Below, in pieces: positions 41,020 through 54,633 of a stretch of 64,000 nucleotides of DNA. The notes beneath the pieces are model-generated. The model was given only the letters and a program-made list of their open reading frames with translations, was not told the DNA's origin and made no database searches. Origin of the DNA: Octopus sinensis (Eukaryota); NCBI RefSeq assembly GCF_006345805.1, contig NC_043015.1:2418001-2482000 (forward strand), given 5' to 3'. The first letter of the stretch is position 1. Every line of letters starts with the position of its first letter. The position numbers and the translations under genes were made by a program.

Positions 41020-43160
41020 AGTAGGCAAAGCATCATGTGGCAGAAAGTCAAGACTTCACTTGTGAGAGGACACAAACCACCTCGAAGCTAACTGCCCGCT
41101 ACAAAAGAGAGATATGAGCTCCCCAATTTTGCTACTACCACCGACAACAACACCACCACCACCAACACCAACAACAACAACAACACCACAACCACACAAC
41201 AGCAACAACAACAACAGCAAAAAACAACAACAGCTGCACTAGCAGAAGTAGGCGACTATAGCTTCAAAAACAACAGTAATATTAGTAGCAGCAATCGCTG
41301 CAACAACACCAGGAACAACAGCGGAAACATCAGAGAAATCACCAACATCATCAAAATCGACAGCCTCAGAATACTCACAACACAACAATATATTTATGAA
41401 CGGGAAAACCTGAAAACAGCACTACAAAAACAGCTCTCTGGGTTCAGAGTAATGAGACATGTCTCGCGATGAAGAGGAGCAGAGAGACCCAAACTGCCGA
41501 AATATTCGGAGGCGAAACAAAAGACAAACTAACAAACCAACACGAACCTCAGTAGAACAAAAAATAAATGGCGGGTATGATCAAAGGAGGAGACACCATC
41601 GAAAACAATTTCTCAAATAATTTCCTCAACGGCAGCCACACCAGCACCGTGAACAACACAATCATCCCCATCACTACCATCACAAACACCACTACCACAA
41701 ACATTACTTTCACAAGCTCAGAGCCAGTTCACACTCTCATCTTCCAAATCGCACATCTGAAAACCAACACAGATCAAAGATTTTTCGACTACACAGAAAT
41801 AGACACCAACATTGAAAAACTAATGGATTACATATAAAGCTATCACACATAGTTAAGGAAACACTCCAACACTTTACAAACACCATAAAAACGTCACAAC
41901 ACACACATATAACACCATCAAAGCAAAATACGGTGAAGGAGTCTGGTCTTTCCAGAGAGACAGAAAAAAAGAATATATAATGAACTGCACGTTTAAACAT
42001 CCACACGTACTTATGGGGACTGTACATCAGTGACCTCCTCGCCAAACGAAATCACAGTAAGTAGTCTCTTCCGCTTGTATACTTTTATCTAACGTGACCC
42101 TGCTCAGGTCGCCTTGGAAAAAGGCCAACTACTCAACGTCCTCAACTCACTAAGTGCCGATGTTGTGGCTATCTGCTGAACGAGACTGCGAGCGACAAGC
42201 TTTGATGCCTATCCCTGATGGATTGGATATATATATATATATATATATACATCATCTTGTCTCCCGTGAGTGGGATGTGGAACAGCGGTATTGATCCGGA
42301 CAGGCCTGAATCTCAATATGAGAACAATTTTCTGTCACCCAGAAGGTGAGTTCGTGGTCTTGGATTTGAGCAGTATTGACATAGGCGCCGTCAGACTGAT
42401 GGCTATTCATGCTGTGACAGAAGGAGAACTGTTGAACTTTTTCAGAAACCTTGAGATTTGCCTAAGAACGCCCCGACGTTTAGTGTTATTGGACTACTGG
42501 AACGCCGTCATAGTCATATTTCAGTGTGTGGGGCAAGCGAATAGAAGAGAGGGTAGTAAAATCCTCACAAAACTGCTCAGACATTTCCAGCCTATGTGAC
42601 AGGTAACAATTGGATTTCCCGGATGTGCCAATATGGAAATCGACGAATCACACCAGGTCATATATTGTCCACTTTTCAAACTGCTCTGCTACACAGACCA
42701 GAAATTTTGGATCTGTAAATACGACCCATGTGTGTTTAGAAGGCAAGGACCCGGTTACTAGACGCTGAAAGCTTTACTGTCGGCTTGCGAAGCTTACACA
42801 AACTGGATGAAAGCATTTGTTATTATGTCATTGACGGAGGCAATTGTCAACATCCAATTGTGTTTTGCCCTGTGTGCAAAACACAATTGGATGTTGACAA
42901 TTGCCTCCGTCAATGCCATCATAACAAATGCTTTCATCACTGATGTTCCATTACCTGTGTTTTTAACAACAATTAGATAAGAAACAGTTCAATGATAAAA
43001 AGGGATTAACTTGAGGGACATTAGAAGCTTAGAAAGACATTGCAACCGACGAGCCGGCCGCGAAAGTGGACCTGGACCACTCCTTCAAACATCAAACACG
43101 ATGGTAGCTTTAGCAGAGCTAAGGTGCCTCCTCAAAGACAAGAAGGAACGAAACCTGCCA
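41020..43160 (+). mobile_element. Decayed L1/Tx1-clade LINE: ORF1 remnant with (CAA)-rich tract plus APE endonuclease
   Basis: HLEANCP knuckle remnant at ~41080; LNSLSADVVAIC*TRL, GTAVLIR..PEGEFVVLDL..RLMAIHA..LVLLDYWNAV (decayed GDWNA), GPGY*TL (GPGYWKLN). Confidence 0.75.
42806..42938. repeat. Near-perfect palindrome: 63-bp arms, 7-nt loop
   Basis: 42806-42868 vs reverse complement of 42876-42938, 2 mismatches by manual comparison. Confidence 0.95.
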
Positions 43161-45107
43161 TAATATTTCCCTTGTCCTACTGGCCGTTTTTTTTTTAACT
43201 AATTCATATTTGCATGGATGTGTTTCACATTTTCCGTTCCGAAAATAATTAAACAAATACTAAACGTGTAACAACAAAGGTATGAACCTGCATTCATCCC
43301 TTTTAAAAACAAGGTAGACACGTTTAATATTATAACAATAATGTAGATATTTTTCATATTATAAATCATTATCAAATTGAGGTTTATTTTAGAATATGTA
43401 CGTATTCTTTTGTTTTATAACTATATTTTATGTTATGAATGTGAACTACCCTTAATTTGAATAGAAACACGTACTAAAATTTATATATCATCGGTCAAGC
43501 AATGTGTTTATTCTTCATCCTATTATGCTATTTTAGACTTAGATTATTAATCGGATATGTTCTCTTTGTTTAATATTACTTCGCTTGCATGGTGCACGGA
43601 CATAGTTCATGTCATATCCTATCGCAAAACGAATGTGTAGGGTCTCCACTATATTACTGCATTTCCTAGAAATAGCAACGCAATTAATCTCAATTTTTGG
43701 AGTGAACAAATAATTGGCATAGTGGATATGGAGATAGAATGTCGTAGAATGAGTGAATTATGAGATTGAATTAGAGGAACTTTTTTTATCCAGAAATTGT
43801 AGATATTAGCGTTAACCTCTGGCGAAATATTAACAACCAAATGCATATGATGCGTGTGAGTATAGGTAGATATTCAATAGCGTAAAATTTATCAGACGAA
43901 TTTGTGTTGTTATTTATGGAATATAAAATACCTGGAGAATAATTCCAGGATGCAATAATTATATGAAAATAGATTTTCTATAACCGCACCACAAAAAGCA
44001 TAAAATATATTTTTCTTCTAATTTACTTAGTATTTTGTTTGATAGTGTGTGGTTCGGAAGCTTCAGCTTTATGCCAAAATCATTTTAAATTAGTAGTTTT
44101 CACAAACATGATTCTGGTTATTGGAAATCTTATATTTTGGAATTATGGTTGATGCTTATAACCGTAAATCAACTTGTACATTAAATTTATTTATGTATGT
44201 GATGTTACTGAATACAGCGAAAAATTATGCAAAGTTTCTCCACAAATATCTATTTGGTTATTGCATTAAGTCTGTAATAGAACATATTGCCAATTCCATT
44301 TGGGGTTTTGACTTACAGTTAAAATTTACTGCAATAACTATTTGCGGTTTTAATGGGATGCGATAAATTATTTGCGGTTAGAGCACATCCAACGTATTTG
44401 TGACTAAATTTCATTTCGAAAATAATATGACATTCACTTACACATAAAGGCTAAAAAGTGTACATTTAATGGTTTTCGGTTCTACTATAAGGCAAATATT
44501 TTAAATTTGATATGCAAAATATTTGAAAACGTTTTTCACTAAATTCCCACACGAGAATTAAAATATACATCAAAGTGCATTGATCTTTTAATATGCAGTT
44601 TCACTTTGACATAACAACCTTCAGTGAGTTTTAACTTTGTGATATCATTGAAAATGTAACAATTCGTCCATTCATGTTCCTCTTACATATCAACGAACGT
44701 ATTGAACGCTTGTCTAGGTCTAACATGCCGAAACGTATCCGCGATACAATGAGTCACACACTCCTTCAGTAGGCTTCAAGCCTTCGATCAGAGTCATATA
44801 ACATACTGAATTTTATCGTATATAGTGCTTTTGATTCCGTAAAATTAACCAAACTTTACGCAACCTTAAACGTCTTTTGAGATTGAGTAGTAAAAGTTTG
44901 AATACAAGCTATTCTCGATGCCTGGAAATATGATACTCTTCCCTTCGGCAACAGACTTACAATATTCCATTCCATGTCATGGCGGTGAATGTGCAAATGT
45001 GTGGACACTTTATACGATATTATAGTATCCTAATAAGTAGAAATACTAACTTACATAAGCTGTATAAGTTGACACATCTCTTTAGATAGTTCATGAATAG
45101 GCACAAA

Positions 45108-45648
<541 letters not shown>

Positions 45649-46736
45649 GTCTTGGGAATATATTGGAATTGATACCAATTCAATATTTCGGGCGTTGCTG
45701 TTTTGTTTTCTTTGTTTATATCTGTCAATATACTTCGTCTTTTGCATAAACCGTAATGAAATTGCAATTTGTATATTTTTCCCTAAATTCTGATAGCCAA
45801 TGAGTGCCATGAGTGCGCAGATTTGTTTATTTTCTGTCAGCTTTTATTTGGCTCATAGCGTAAATTCTTAAGAATGTTATTCGTTAATTTTGGTTTGAAT
45901 GCCTTGATTAAATGTAAATGTGAAAGGAAAGCGTTTACAGCACTCTTCTATAGAACCGTGGCGTATCAGACTCGTTATCAATTTCCTTCACTGAGACCGA
46001 GAATCTAAATGTAACCGCCAGCAAATAGGTTTCCTCGTATTTTTTTTCATTCGTAATTATATCAAAACTGTAGATCTGTGATACGATAGAGTTTTTGAAA
46101 GTTTATTTTTCCATTTTCTCTGGTATCATATAGGCTTCCTTTACATTCCACCGACGTCAAATTCTACTTTTATCATTACGTGTCAATAAAGCAAGTAAGA
46201 TCTGAGCTCTATACAACTGAATCACACCATTGCCCAAAATAAGCCGGCCTTGGAACAGAAGTTGAAGTCATTGTTTGTCCTTTGTTAAGCTTCGTGTTTT
46301 CATCTTCATATTCAAAATCACCAAGCCATTGACTTCAGGTAAGTCAGTATCTTTACGTATTTACTGCTTTGATTTACGTTATTACTTGATTTATAAATAT
46401 ATAATTAATACTTCGGGGATGTGAATAACTTGTAGATATTACGACATTATAATTATCAAAAATATTTATATCAAACAAGCATGAATTAGGAATATATGAC
46501 TAAATTATTAACAAAAATATTCAAGAAAAATTAGTAGCAAACACTATAAATTATTTTTACTTAGTTTCAATGTTTTCAAAAATTATGGTTTAATTTCCTG
46601 TCTTAGGCAATTAGCAATTCAGAAGAATATATAAAGATTGAATACACTGAAAACCAGATACTTTATCTTGCGTAATTGCTTTAAAATATGTGCTTCAGCC
46701 ACTTATATGTCACCATCAGAAAATGGTTAAATATCC

Positions 46737-46821
<85 letters not shown>

Positions 46822-46884
46822 TATATACATATATACATATTTATATATATTTATGTATATATACATATATACATACATACATGC

Positions 46885-46956
<72 letters not shown>

Positions 46957-46971
46957 CATACATACATACAG

Positions 46972-47009
<38 letters not shown>

Positions 47010-48909
47010 ATATATATCCTTCATGGTATAACGTTGCAAACATTTTTTTATTAATATTATACGCACAATAGTGATCTTCTAATTCGTTCATAGATTTTCA
47101 TAGTGAATATGCATACTCTCATAGGCGAGTTAGCCCGGAATCAGCCGAACGAAGATGACAACGGATATAGCCGAAAATGAGCAGTCAGTCTAAGGAATTC
47201 TCGTTTCGGGCGATTACAGCCATTTTCAAAGTATGTTTTTCACTTTGCAACATACATGGAGCATAGTTATTTATATATAGCATAAATCAAAGAACCGGTT
47301 GCATCATTAGGACACCCGACAAAATGTTTCGTCTGTCTTTTCATTCTGATGTCAAATACCAGGAAGATGAGTCTATCGTGATCCATACTTAGCTCTTTAG
47401 CACAGTAACCGACTAATGCCACCCCCGTATCAAACACCAGGTTACATATCCAGAGTTGAAATTATTTTTACAATGATTCACTTTTTACCATTTAGAATAA
47501 CGCGGTGTAACAGATTATGTAATAACCTCAGCCAAATATGTCACACTTTCAGTTCTACTTTTTCTATTATGTGTACAAAGCGTAATCATAGATAAAATAC
47601 TTTCCCTTTATTTTCAATAATTATATAATGCATGAGAAGTATAAATCAGTTATTCCCAGTATATTTATTATATAAGTTTATGAAAAATAACTAGTTTATT
47701 CTTTTACGGAAATATGCGTTGTGATATCTAACATGTCAACGAGTTCGATGAACCTTTCATTATGTCGATCGATATGAAACGATAATGATGCATTTAGAAA
47801 TTGGCATTAGTTAAATCAGCTACAAACGGTGCCCTAAATTGTGGGTTTGTTCCAAACATTACTTTAGTGATGTAGCTAATCGGGTAAAGCTTTAATATTA
47901 TATTACACAAAGAAACAAGTACAACAAAAAATTGTTAATTTACCGAACTGTGTTGTTTATTATAATGCAGTGTTAAACTTCAAAAGAATGTTGGTTTGAA
48001 CTTTATGCAAATTTCTCTTTTGAAATAAAGCAATCTTCAATTCTGTTTACGAAAATTCTTGTAACAGAAAAAAAACAAATCAACATGAAAGTGCCCCGTT
48101 TGTGATCGTTCGAAATTTCTGTTTTTTCCATCAACTAATGCACTTCCGAAACTACGTACTCACACATGAACACATACATACATGCACACATACATACATA
48201 CATATATACACGCATGCACCTTCACGCAAAAACACACTCGCGAACACACACGGAGAGGCACACATACACACGCATGCATACATAGACATAGAGACAATCA
48301 TATACACACACGCATACACTCAACAACACATTTATGTATGTATTTAATGATACACAATGCACATATAGAGACACACGTTGGAATATATGCATGGCTTTGA
48401 ATGTGGTTGTAGTTTGATTGGAATGAGGAAGGACATTCTGCGAATAGCTAAGCACATTTTCTTGTTATTCAAATTCACAAATCATAGATAAAACGGAAGC
48501 AGATCAAAAACATAATAGGGACCATTTACTTAGACCCCAAATTGATCATATGTTAAAAAATAATCGGACATTTTAAAATTATAACCGTGCAGAAATAGGC
48601 AATGATTAATTTGCAGAGAAAAATGCAACTTTTTTTACATCCCAATCACAAAACGTAGTAAAGCCTAAAATTAAATATGGCGCCGTTCATCACTTAGCAT
48701 TTATCCTCAACTCATTTCATAGACTGTGTCCATAATGGGACTTTGTAGAACAATTCGACCCAAGCACTAATTCCTTTTTAGTCCAGTACTCATTGTATCG
48801 GTATCTTCTGCCTTACCGCTGAATTAAGGGGACATCAACTCACCAGTACCAGTTGTCAAGAGGTGGAGGCGGACAAAAACAGACACAAAGACATACACAC
48901 AGACACTTG

Positions 48910-50502
48910 GAATGGTACAACAATGCACTATAATACAAACAATGTGTGCTATATAGTTATAATTTAGTCATCCATAGTCTGATATGGTATTTCGGAATAA
49001 AATTCTTTCTTCAGATATACTTAGATGGAGTCGCTGCTAAAATCGGTTTTCCAACGGCTTTTCTTTTTTCTTTGGAAGCGTCTCAGCAGTGGTCTCACGA
49101 AGTTCCTTCCGGAAATCATCATGAGTCGGCCATGATTCAATTTCCTGTGTGTTGGCATATCCGTAGCGCTGCCACTAATTTATGCATCATATCTGCATTC
49201 TCTTTTTACCTCCTTTTTTTCTCTTTTTTGTTATGAACTACAGATGAGCATATTATCAAAAATACACGCATCCAGATGTAGCTAAATAATATAATGATTA
49301 CCAACCTCTAGCCTGTTGTTAATTTGGGGCCCTAGTCTGTGTATTACTCAAACTTCCTTAATTCTTAAATAACCCAAATTTCTTTCATTGGCCTCAATTG
49401 TGACTGTTATGGTTTTGTAGGTGTTCCGGCATCTGTCTAGATGTTTTCTGAAGGAGGATACTCTCGCGTTCAGATTTTCTTTGATGCGGACGTGTAACGG
49501 CCTTGTCGTGCTACCCATATAGAACTTGTTGCATTTGTTACGTTGTATTCTAGAAACACCATTTACCCGTTGGCAGAAATCTGTGTCACGGGTGTGACAG
49601 TTCGTTATTGTACATTGATTGTTGTCCCTTCTTCGTTTCTTTGCGAGGTGCCCTCTCACAGAGGGGCCAGAGTAGGCTAGTTGTATGTCTAGACCTTCTC
49701 TTGTTATGGCTCTTGGTATGGATGTGGTCATCCTCTCGCTAAAATGTGGTATTTTAAGGAAGCATATGTTGCTGGGTTTTCTATGTGTTTGGCGTGTTGA
49801 TTGTCTTGGTTACTTAAGCCGATTTACAATGGATCTAGGGTACCCGTTGGTTTTCAATATCTATAGGAAGCGTGTAGTTTGGGTTACTTTGTCCTCCGTT
49901 CTGCTGCCCTTAACCTGGATGCGTGCAAGTTTATTTTTGGCGTAACCTGTTTTGGCACCGACTGGAAATGCTGAATTGCATTGGAAAAACATATCACTAT
50001 TGGCTGCTTTCCTGTACAACTCGGTGTAGATTTCCCCTTCTTCAAGTAGTGATAGGGATCCAGTGATGTCGGTATGTTCTATAGTGAACTTTATGTTCAT
50101 GTTCAAGTTATTGAACATCGTGATTATTCTGTCAGCCTCTTAACTGGAGGATTTGTGTATAAGGATGTCATCTACATACCTGGTAAAGAAGGCACATGAG
50201 CGGCAGGTGTTGAGTGCTGGACGTTCCAGATAGTTCATATAAGTGATGGCTAGGAGGACCGAGAGATGTGATCCCATGGCGAGACATGTTGTCTCTTTGT
50301 ATACGCGGTCATGGAAAGAGAAGTAGATGCTGTTCTCGATGATGGACAAACGTTGATGAATATCAGCTGCGGTAAGTCTGAAGCATTGGCTATCGGACGC
50401 TATTATGCAGTCAGTAAATAGCTTGGCCGCCGTGGGTGGATGAGTAACTTACAACAGGTATATCGTCCATTGTTTGTATTATAGTGCATTGCTGTACCAT
50501 TC
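48910..50502 (-). mobile_element. 5'-truncated Penelope-like retroelement (RT + GIY-YIG endonuclease), bounded by 35-bp inverted repeats
   Basis: LAMGSHLS..YMNYLE..RYVDDILI (RT), IKFTIE..LYRK, C..GVSRIQ..CNKFYMGSTTRPLHVRIKE (GIY-YIG); IR 48910-48944 / 50468-50502; frames broken by stops. Confidence 0.92.
48974..49021 (-). ncRNA. Partly decayed hammerhead motif in the Penelope 3' pseudo-LTR
   Basis: CTGAAGA-aagaat(ttt)attcc-GAAA-ta(cca)t-ATC; core intact, stem I mispaired. Confidence 0.55.
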
Positions 50503-50769
50503 AAAACTTTTTATTCTTTGCAAGCAATACACACTGCTTCAAGCGAACTATATTACCTACACACATATGTGAGTGTGTGTGTGTGTACATACACGACGTC
50601 CTGTTCGTCTTCGTCTAAAAAATCTACTCAAAATGGCCCGGACTATATTAGAACACATTTGTGTAAGATCCCATGTTATGGGAAGATTGTTTCTTACAAC
50701 CCTATCACGCCTGCATTTTAATTCTGTAACATTTTTATTTACTTATTACCATAATAAAACAAGAAATCT

Positions 50770-50992
50770 CACAATGAGGGTTTGCTCAAAAGTGCCTTGC
50801 TTTAAGGGTAACGCATAGGACTGGTCGTAGTCACAAGCTTCTGAATCCTTTGAGAGGGCTTAGAAAAACTGAAGGACCGCTGCAGTAGATATGCGAATCT
50901 GAGAGAGGTATATGTTAAATAAAATCATGATAAACTTAACTTCCTGCACTTTCTTTTACTCAATGCCAAGAAGTTTTCAGCAGCTACTCGTA
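50770..50992 (+). mobile_element. Mariner 3' end fragment
   Basis: GLEKLKDRCSRYANLREVYVK* resembles the mariner C-terminus; ends aagttttcagcagctactcgTA. Confidence 0.7.
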
Positions 50993-51299
50993 TTTTACAG
51001 TTTTTACTTGTGTGATGTGCCAATAACACTACAAATAAAATGAAAGGAAATAAAATTGTATACACATTCAGCCATTCTTAAATTATCTTATCTCAGTCAC
51101 GAATATTTAATCCAACTAAAGGTGTTTTCTTTTCTCCAGATCACACATCCTATTAGCTCCTCGATATTACATGTTTGATACTGGGTAGAAAAAATGTATT
51201 ATTTGTTAAGCAAATTCCGTTTCGTACAAAATTTAATAAACAAAAATATGTGAGTTAGACTACATTTACTTGTTTCTCTTTATATACAGAATATAATTT

Positions 51300-51534
51300 C
51301 GTTGCTTAGTGGTTAGGTGTGTTGGACTCATGACCTTAAGATTGCGGTTTCGATTCTTGGCCCGCGTGACGCGCTTTACTCTTAAGCAAATCACTTCGTT
51401 TAACGTTGCTCCATTCCATTCGTCTGGTAATATTTAGTATTCCGGTGACAGACCGGCGTGTCGTCTGGGTGAGGAATTTATACGCCGGGAAACCGCCCAT
51501 ATGAGTCGGCATCACTCACGTAGTTAACTTTACT
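51300..51534 (+). mobile_element. SINE family C-related copy
   Basis: gcttagtggttaggtgtgttggactcatgaccttaagattgcggtttcgattc (A/B boxes) then taagcaa..aacgttgctccattcca. Confidence 0.8.
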
Positions 51535-51578
51535 ATTAATTTAACTGCGTATACAGACGATATATACACTTTTTTTTT

Positions 51579-51965
51579 GCTCTTTTAATTGCTTCAGTCA
51601 TTTGACTGCGGCCTTGCTGTAGCACCGCATTTAGTCGAGCAAATCGACCCCAGGGCTTATTCTTTGTAAGCATAGTGCTTATTCTATCGAACCTTATTGC
51701 CAACCAGCTAGGTTACAGTAACGTAAACACACTACCATCCGCTGTCAAACTATGTTCGGGGGACAAACACAGACACACAAACATATACACACATACATAC
51801 ATGCATATATATATACATAAACACGACGGGTTTCTTTCAGTCACAAGGCTTTGGTCGGTCCGAGGCTATAGTAGAAGACACTTGCCCAAGATGCCATGAA
51901 GTGGGAATGAACCCGGAACCATGTGGATGGTAAGCAAGCTACTTACCACACAGCCAATCCTGCAA
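51579..51965 (-). mobile_element. SINE family A
   Basis: ttcagtcatttgactgcggcc..aggctatagtagaagacacttgcccaag..gctacttaccacacagcca. Confidence 0.93.
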
Positions 51966-52786
51966 CTTATATATATATATATATATAGGAATATTTAAGT
52001 AGTTGAGTTCGACTCCATTCTTTCATTTATATATATATATATATATATTTCGAAAGACATATGGTTTATAACATCCTTCCTAATTATCAGTACTAACCCA
52101 CATGAATAACCAAGAAAAAGATAGATTTAAGGAAACCAAAAGGAAATTACTCAAATCTTGAAGTGTAAAATCCACATAATACGCTGTACTCAAATCTTAA
52201 TTCAGCAGCATCAATATATTCATAATTAATAAAATCGTCAACTGCCATTCTGAAAGTGTAATACCACTAGAATTATTCTAAAGCCACCCTACACTTCATT
52301 CTAACAAACGTTTTTTTTTTCCTCATGTGATATAAACTTAAGACGAATAACTTCCAGCAATAATAAAGAATACGTTGAACAATATATATAACAGATCAGT
52401 CAGTGAAAATAGCTTTCCTATTATCAATATTTAATCTTAAAAGTACATAGCGTGCGGGAAATCTCAATAAATGATAAATGTTCACTAATAAAGATAAACA
52501 CAATTTTTCACTAAAATTTAATGAAAATCGTAGAATTAAATTATTTCAAAGTTATTCTGGAAATTTTAAAACTTAATTTATAAAGAATCTCGCAACGAAA
52601 AGAACTGAACATTCATGCGAGGCAAATTACATTTGAATACTATTTCAAACGCAAATTCTCGTCGCTGTCCTAAAACCATTTCTAGGATAATATAATATTT
52701 AATTATTTATAATACATGTGATTAGCGCAATCAAATTCTAAACAGGTATATACGCAGACACGCAAAACACCTCGCATATGCATATG

Positions 52787-52841
<55 letters not shown>

Positions 52842-52846
52842 GTATA

Positions 52847-53415
52847 TACTACCAGTGGCTCAGCACAAAATACGAATTAGTCATTAGACAAAATATTATT
52901 CATGTAGAAATATAGGTGTTCCCAGCACTTGGCATCCTTATTTAGGGTCCCTTAATTATATTTCTACATGAATAATATTTTTCTATATGAATAATATTTT
53001 GTCTAATGACTAATTCGTCTTTTGTGCTGAGCCAATGGTAGTAATCTATATTATTATCCTTTTGTTTATATTCGCATATTACTTGATAGATTTATTCGTA
53101 AAATTTTTTCCCGGCATGCCCTATATCGCCGGGTATATTTTGCGTCTGCGCAGAGATTTGAAAAGTTAAGATCTGCAAGTTGTTGAGATCAACACATTGT
53201 CTAACGCGCTGCGTATCTCGATTCAATTTAGGCGTCTCGCTGATGAAACCAGCCTTAGCAAACATATTCTGTGTTTTGCTAGAAAGAGGTAGAAACTGAT
53301 ATCAGTCCGAGATGTAAAGTTATCGGTAAATGTTTTTTATTTTCACTATCGATAAATTTTTCCCCTTTTTGTGTTCCGAGCACTTGGCATCCTTATTTAG
53401 GAACCCTTAATTATA
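52847..53415 (+). mobile_element. Solo Penelope-pLTR / retrozyme-like unit: 455-bp period, 45-bp terminal direct repeat, inverted 5' segment, inserted in (TA)n
   Basis: Direct repeat 52916-52960 / 53371-53415 (3 mismatches); 52847-52914 is an inverted copy of 52957-53043; contains an HHR. Confidence 0.8.
53232..53315 (+). ncRNA. Type I hammerhead ribozyme
   Basis: Stem I gcgtctcg/cgagatgt; CTGATGA 53240-53246; stem II acc/ggt plus tagcaaa/tttgcta; GAAA 53292-53295; stem III actg(atat)cagt; GUC site at C53307. Confidence 0.85.
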
Positions 53416-53423
53416 TATATAAT

Positions 53424-53499
<76 letters not shown>

Positions 53500-53666
53500 C
53501 TATATAATACAAAACAATAAGAGAGAATCCACTATGTGGACGCTCTAACGCTAGATATAGATCCGCAAAGGGAATCCACCACCAAAGAATTGTTGTCAAG
53601 AATTAATTTAACACACCAACAACGTAAGCGAGCAGGACACATGAAAAATAACGAAAAAATAGATTA

Positions 53667-53742
53667 ACTCTATACGATTGTTTCATCGTTAATAAATTAT
53701 GTAATTTTACTTACATAAGTATCTTCGAATCGTCAGTAGAGT
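53667..53742 (-). ncRNA. Type I hammerhead ribozyme in a second island (~53505-53818) within (TA)n
   Basis: Minus strand actcta-CTGACGA-ttcg..ttatgtaa(gtaaaa)ttacataa..cgat-GAAA-caatc-GTA-tagagt; perfect 6-bp stem I. Confidence 0.8.
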
Positions 53743-53817
53743 ACATCAAAATATAATTTGTCGAACTGAACGGCAAAATCCCCATGATCATATTCACAGT
53801 TACATTCAAATGCCCTC

Positions 53818-53877
<60 letters not shown>

Positions 53878-54633
53878 GTATACTGTGTGTATGTATGTAC
53901 AAATATAAATATATACTTAATGAATAAGAACAGCAGCTAATGATCATATTGAGATGTCGATTTCGCGCCGACATAGATAAGTATAAGTGCCGTAAGCCAT
54001 AGCTTGTAATAACAAGCAACTATGAAGTTGCATTTGTAATGACACATTAATTACAATTACTGTTGTATATTTAGAATTATGAGATTGAGAAGCCACGTTT
54101 TGTAAATGTGCGGCAGCCATTGAAATATGGAGAGGTAATATCTATTAAATTATTGTACAATGACAGACATTGCATAATGGAATTGTATTTATATTTCTTA
54201 TTTGCACACAGTTTTAAATTTTCCTCGCAGCACCATTTCCTATTGTAATTTTTGGTGTCAATTGACAATTAAAGATGTTTGCTTAATTATCGCATTGTTC
54301 TAAGTGAATATGAAATACAAGTCACACTCAAACACTCTGCTGAGATTTATATATTTCGTTTACAGAATGCTGAGACATGTTGTCAGACAGACAATCACAG
54401 GTGTTTCAAAACTCACGCACGCACTCACACACACATACACATACACACACATCGTGCTCGTTAATTTTGCATTTAAAAAAAAATTAGTATCATATATATA
54501 ACAACAAAATTTTACCCTTGAAACAATAAATTCTTGGAACAGTAACAAAGTGAAATATTTTACGTATATTAGTGTCACTCGTATTTAAACTTACGCTACA
54601 GTTGTCTATACAGAAATGTTCAATAATTCGCTA

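Larger units (their letters stand above)
48700..50715 (-). mobile_element. Diverged SINE family A split by the Penelope insertion (tail ~48700-48906, head ~50590-50715)
   Basis: cagtactcatt.tatcggt..ccgct..ggggacat..gttgtcaag..acagacacaaagacatacacac on the left; acgacg..cgtcta..aaatctactca..gactata..cacgcctgc on the right. Confidence 0.65.

Noticed and set aside
41568-41837. Thr/Asn-rich mucin-like ORF
   Set aside because: Lies in the low-complexity ORF1 region of the decayed L1/Tx1 LINE
44715-44795. ccGAAACGTA and nearby ctga words as a hammerhead
   Set aside because: No properly placed CTGANGA or stem I/II pairing
46336-46345. Strong splice donor CAGGTAAGT
   Set aside because: No supportable upstream acceptor or reading frame; expected by chance in 64 kb
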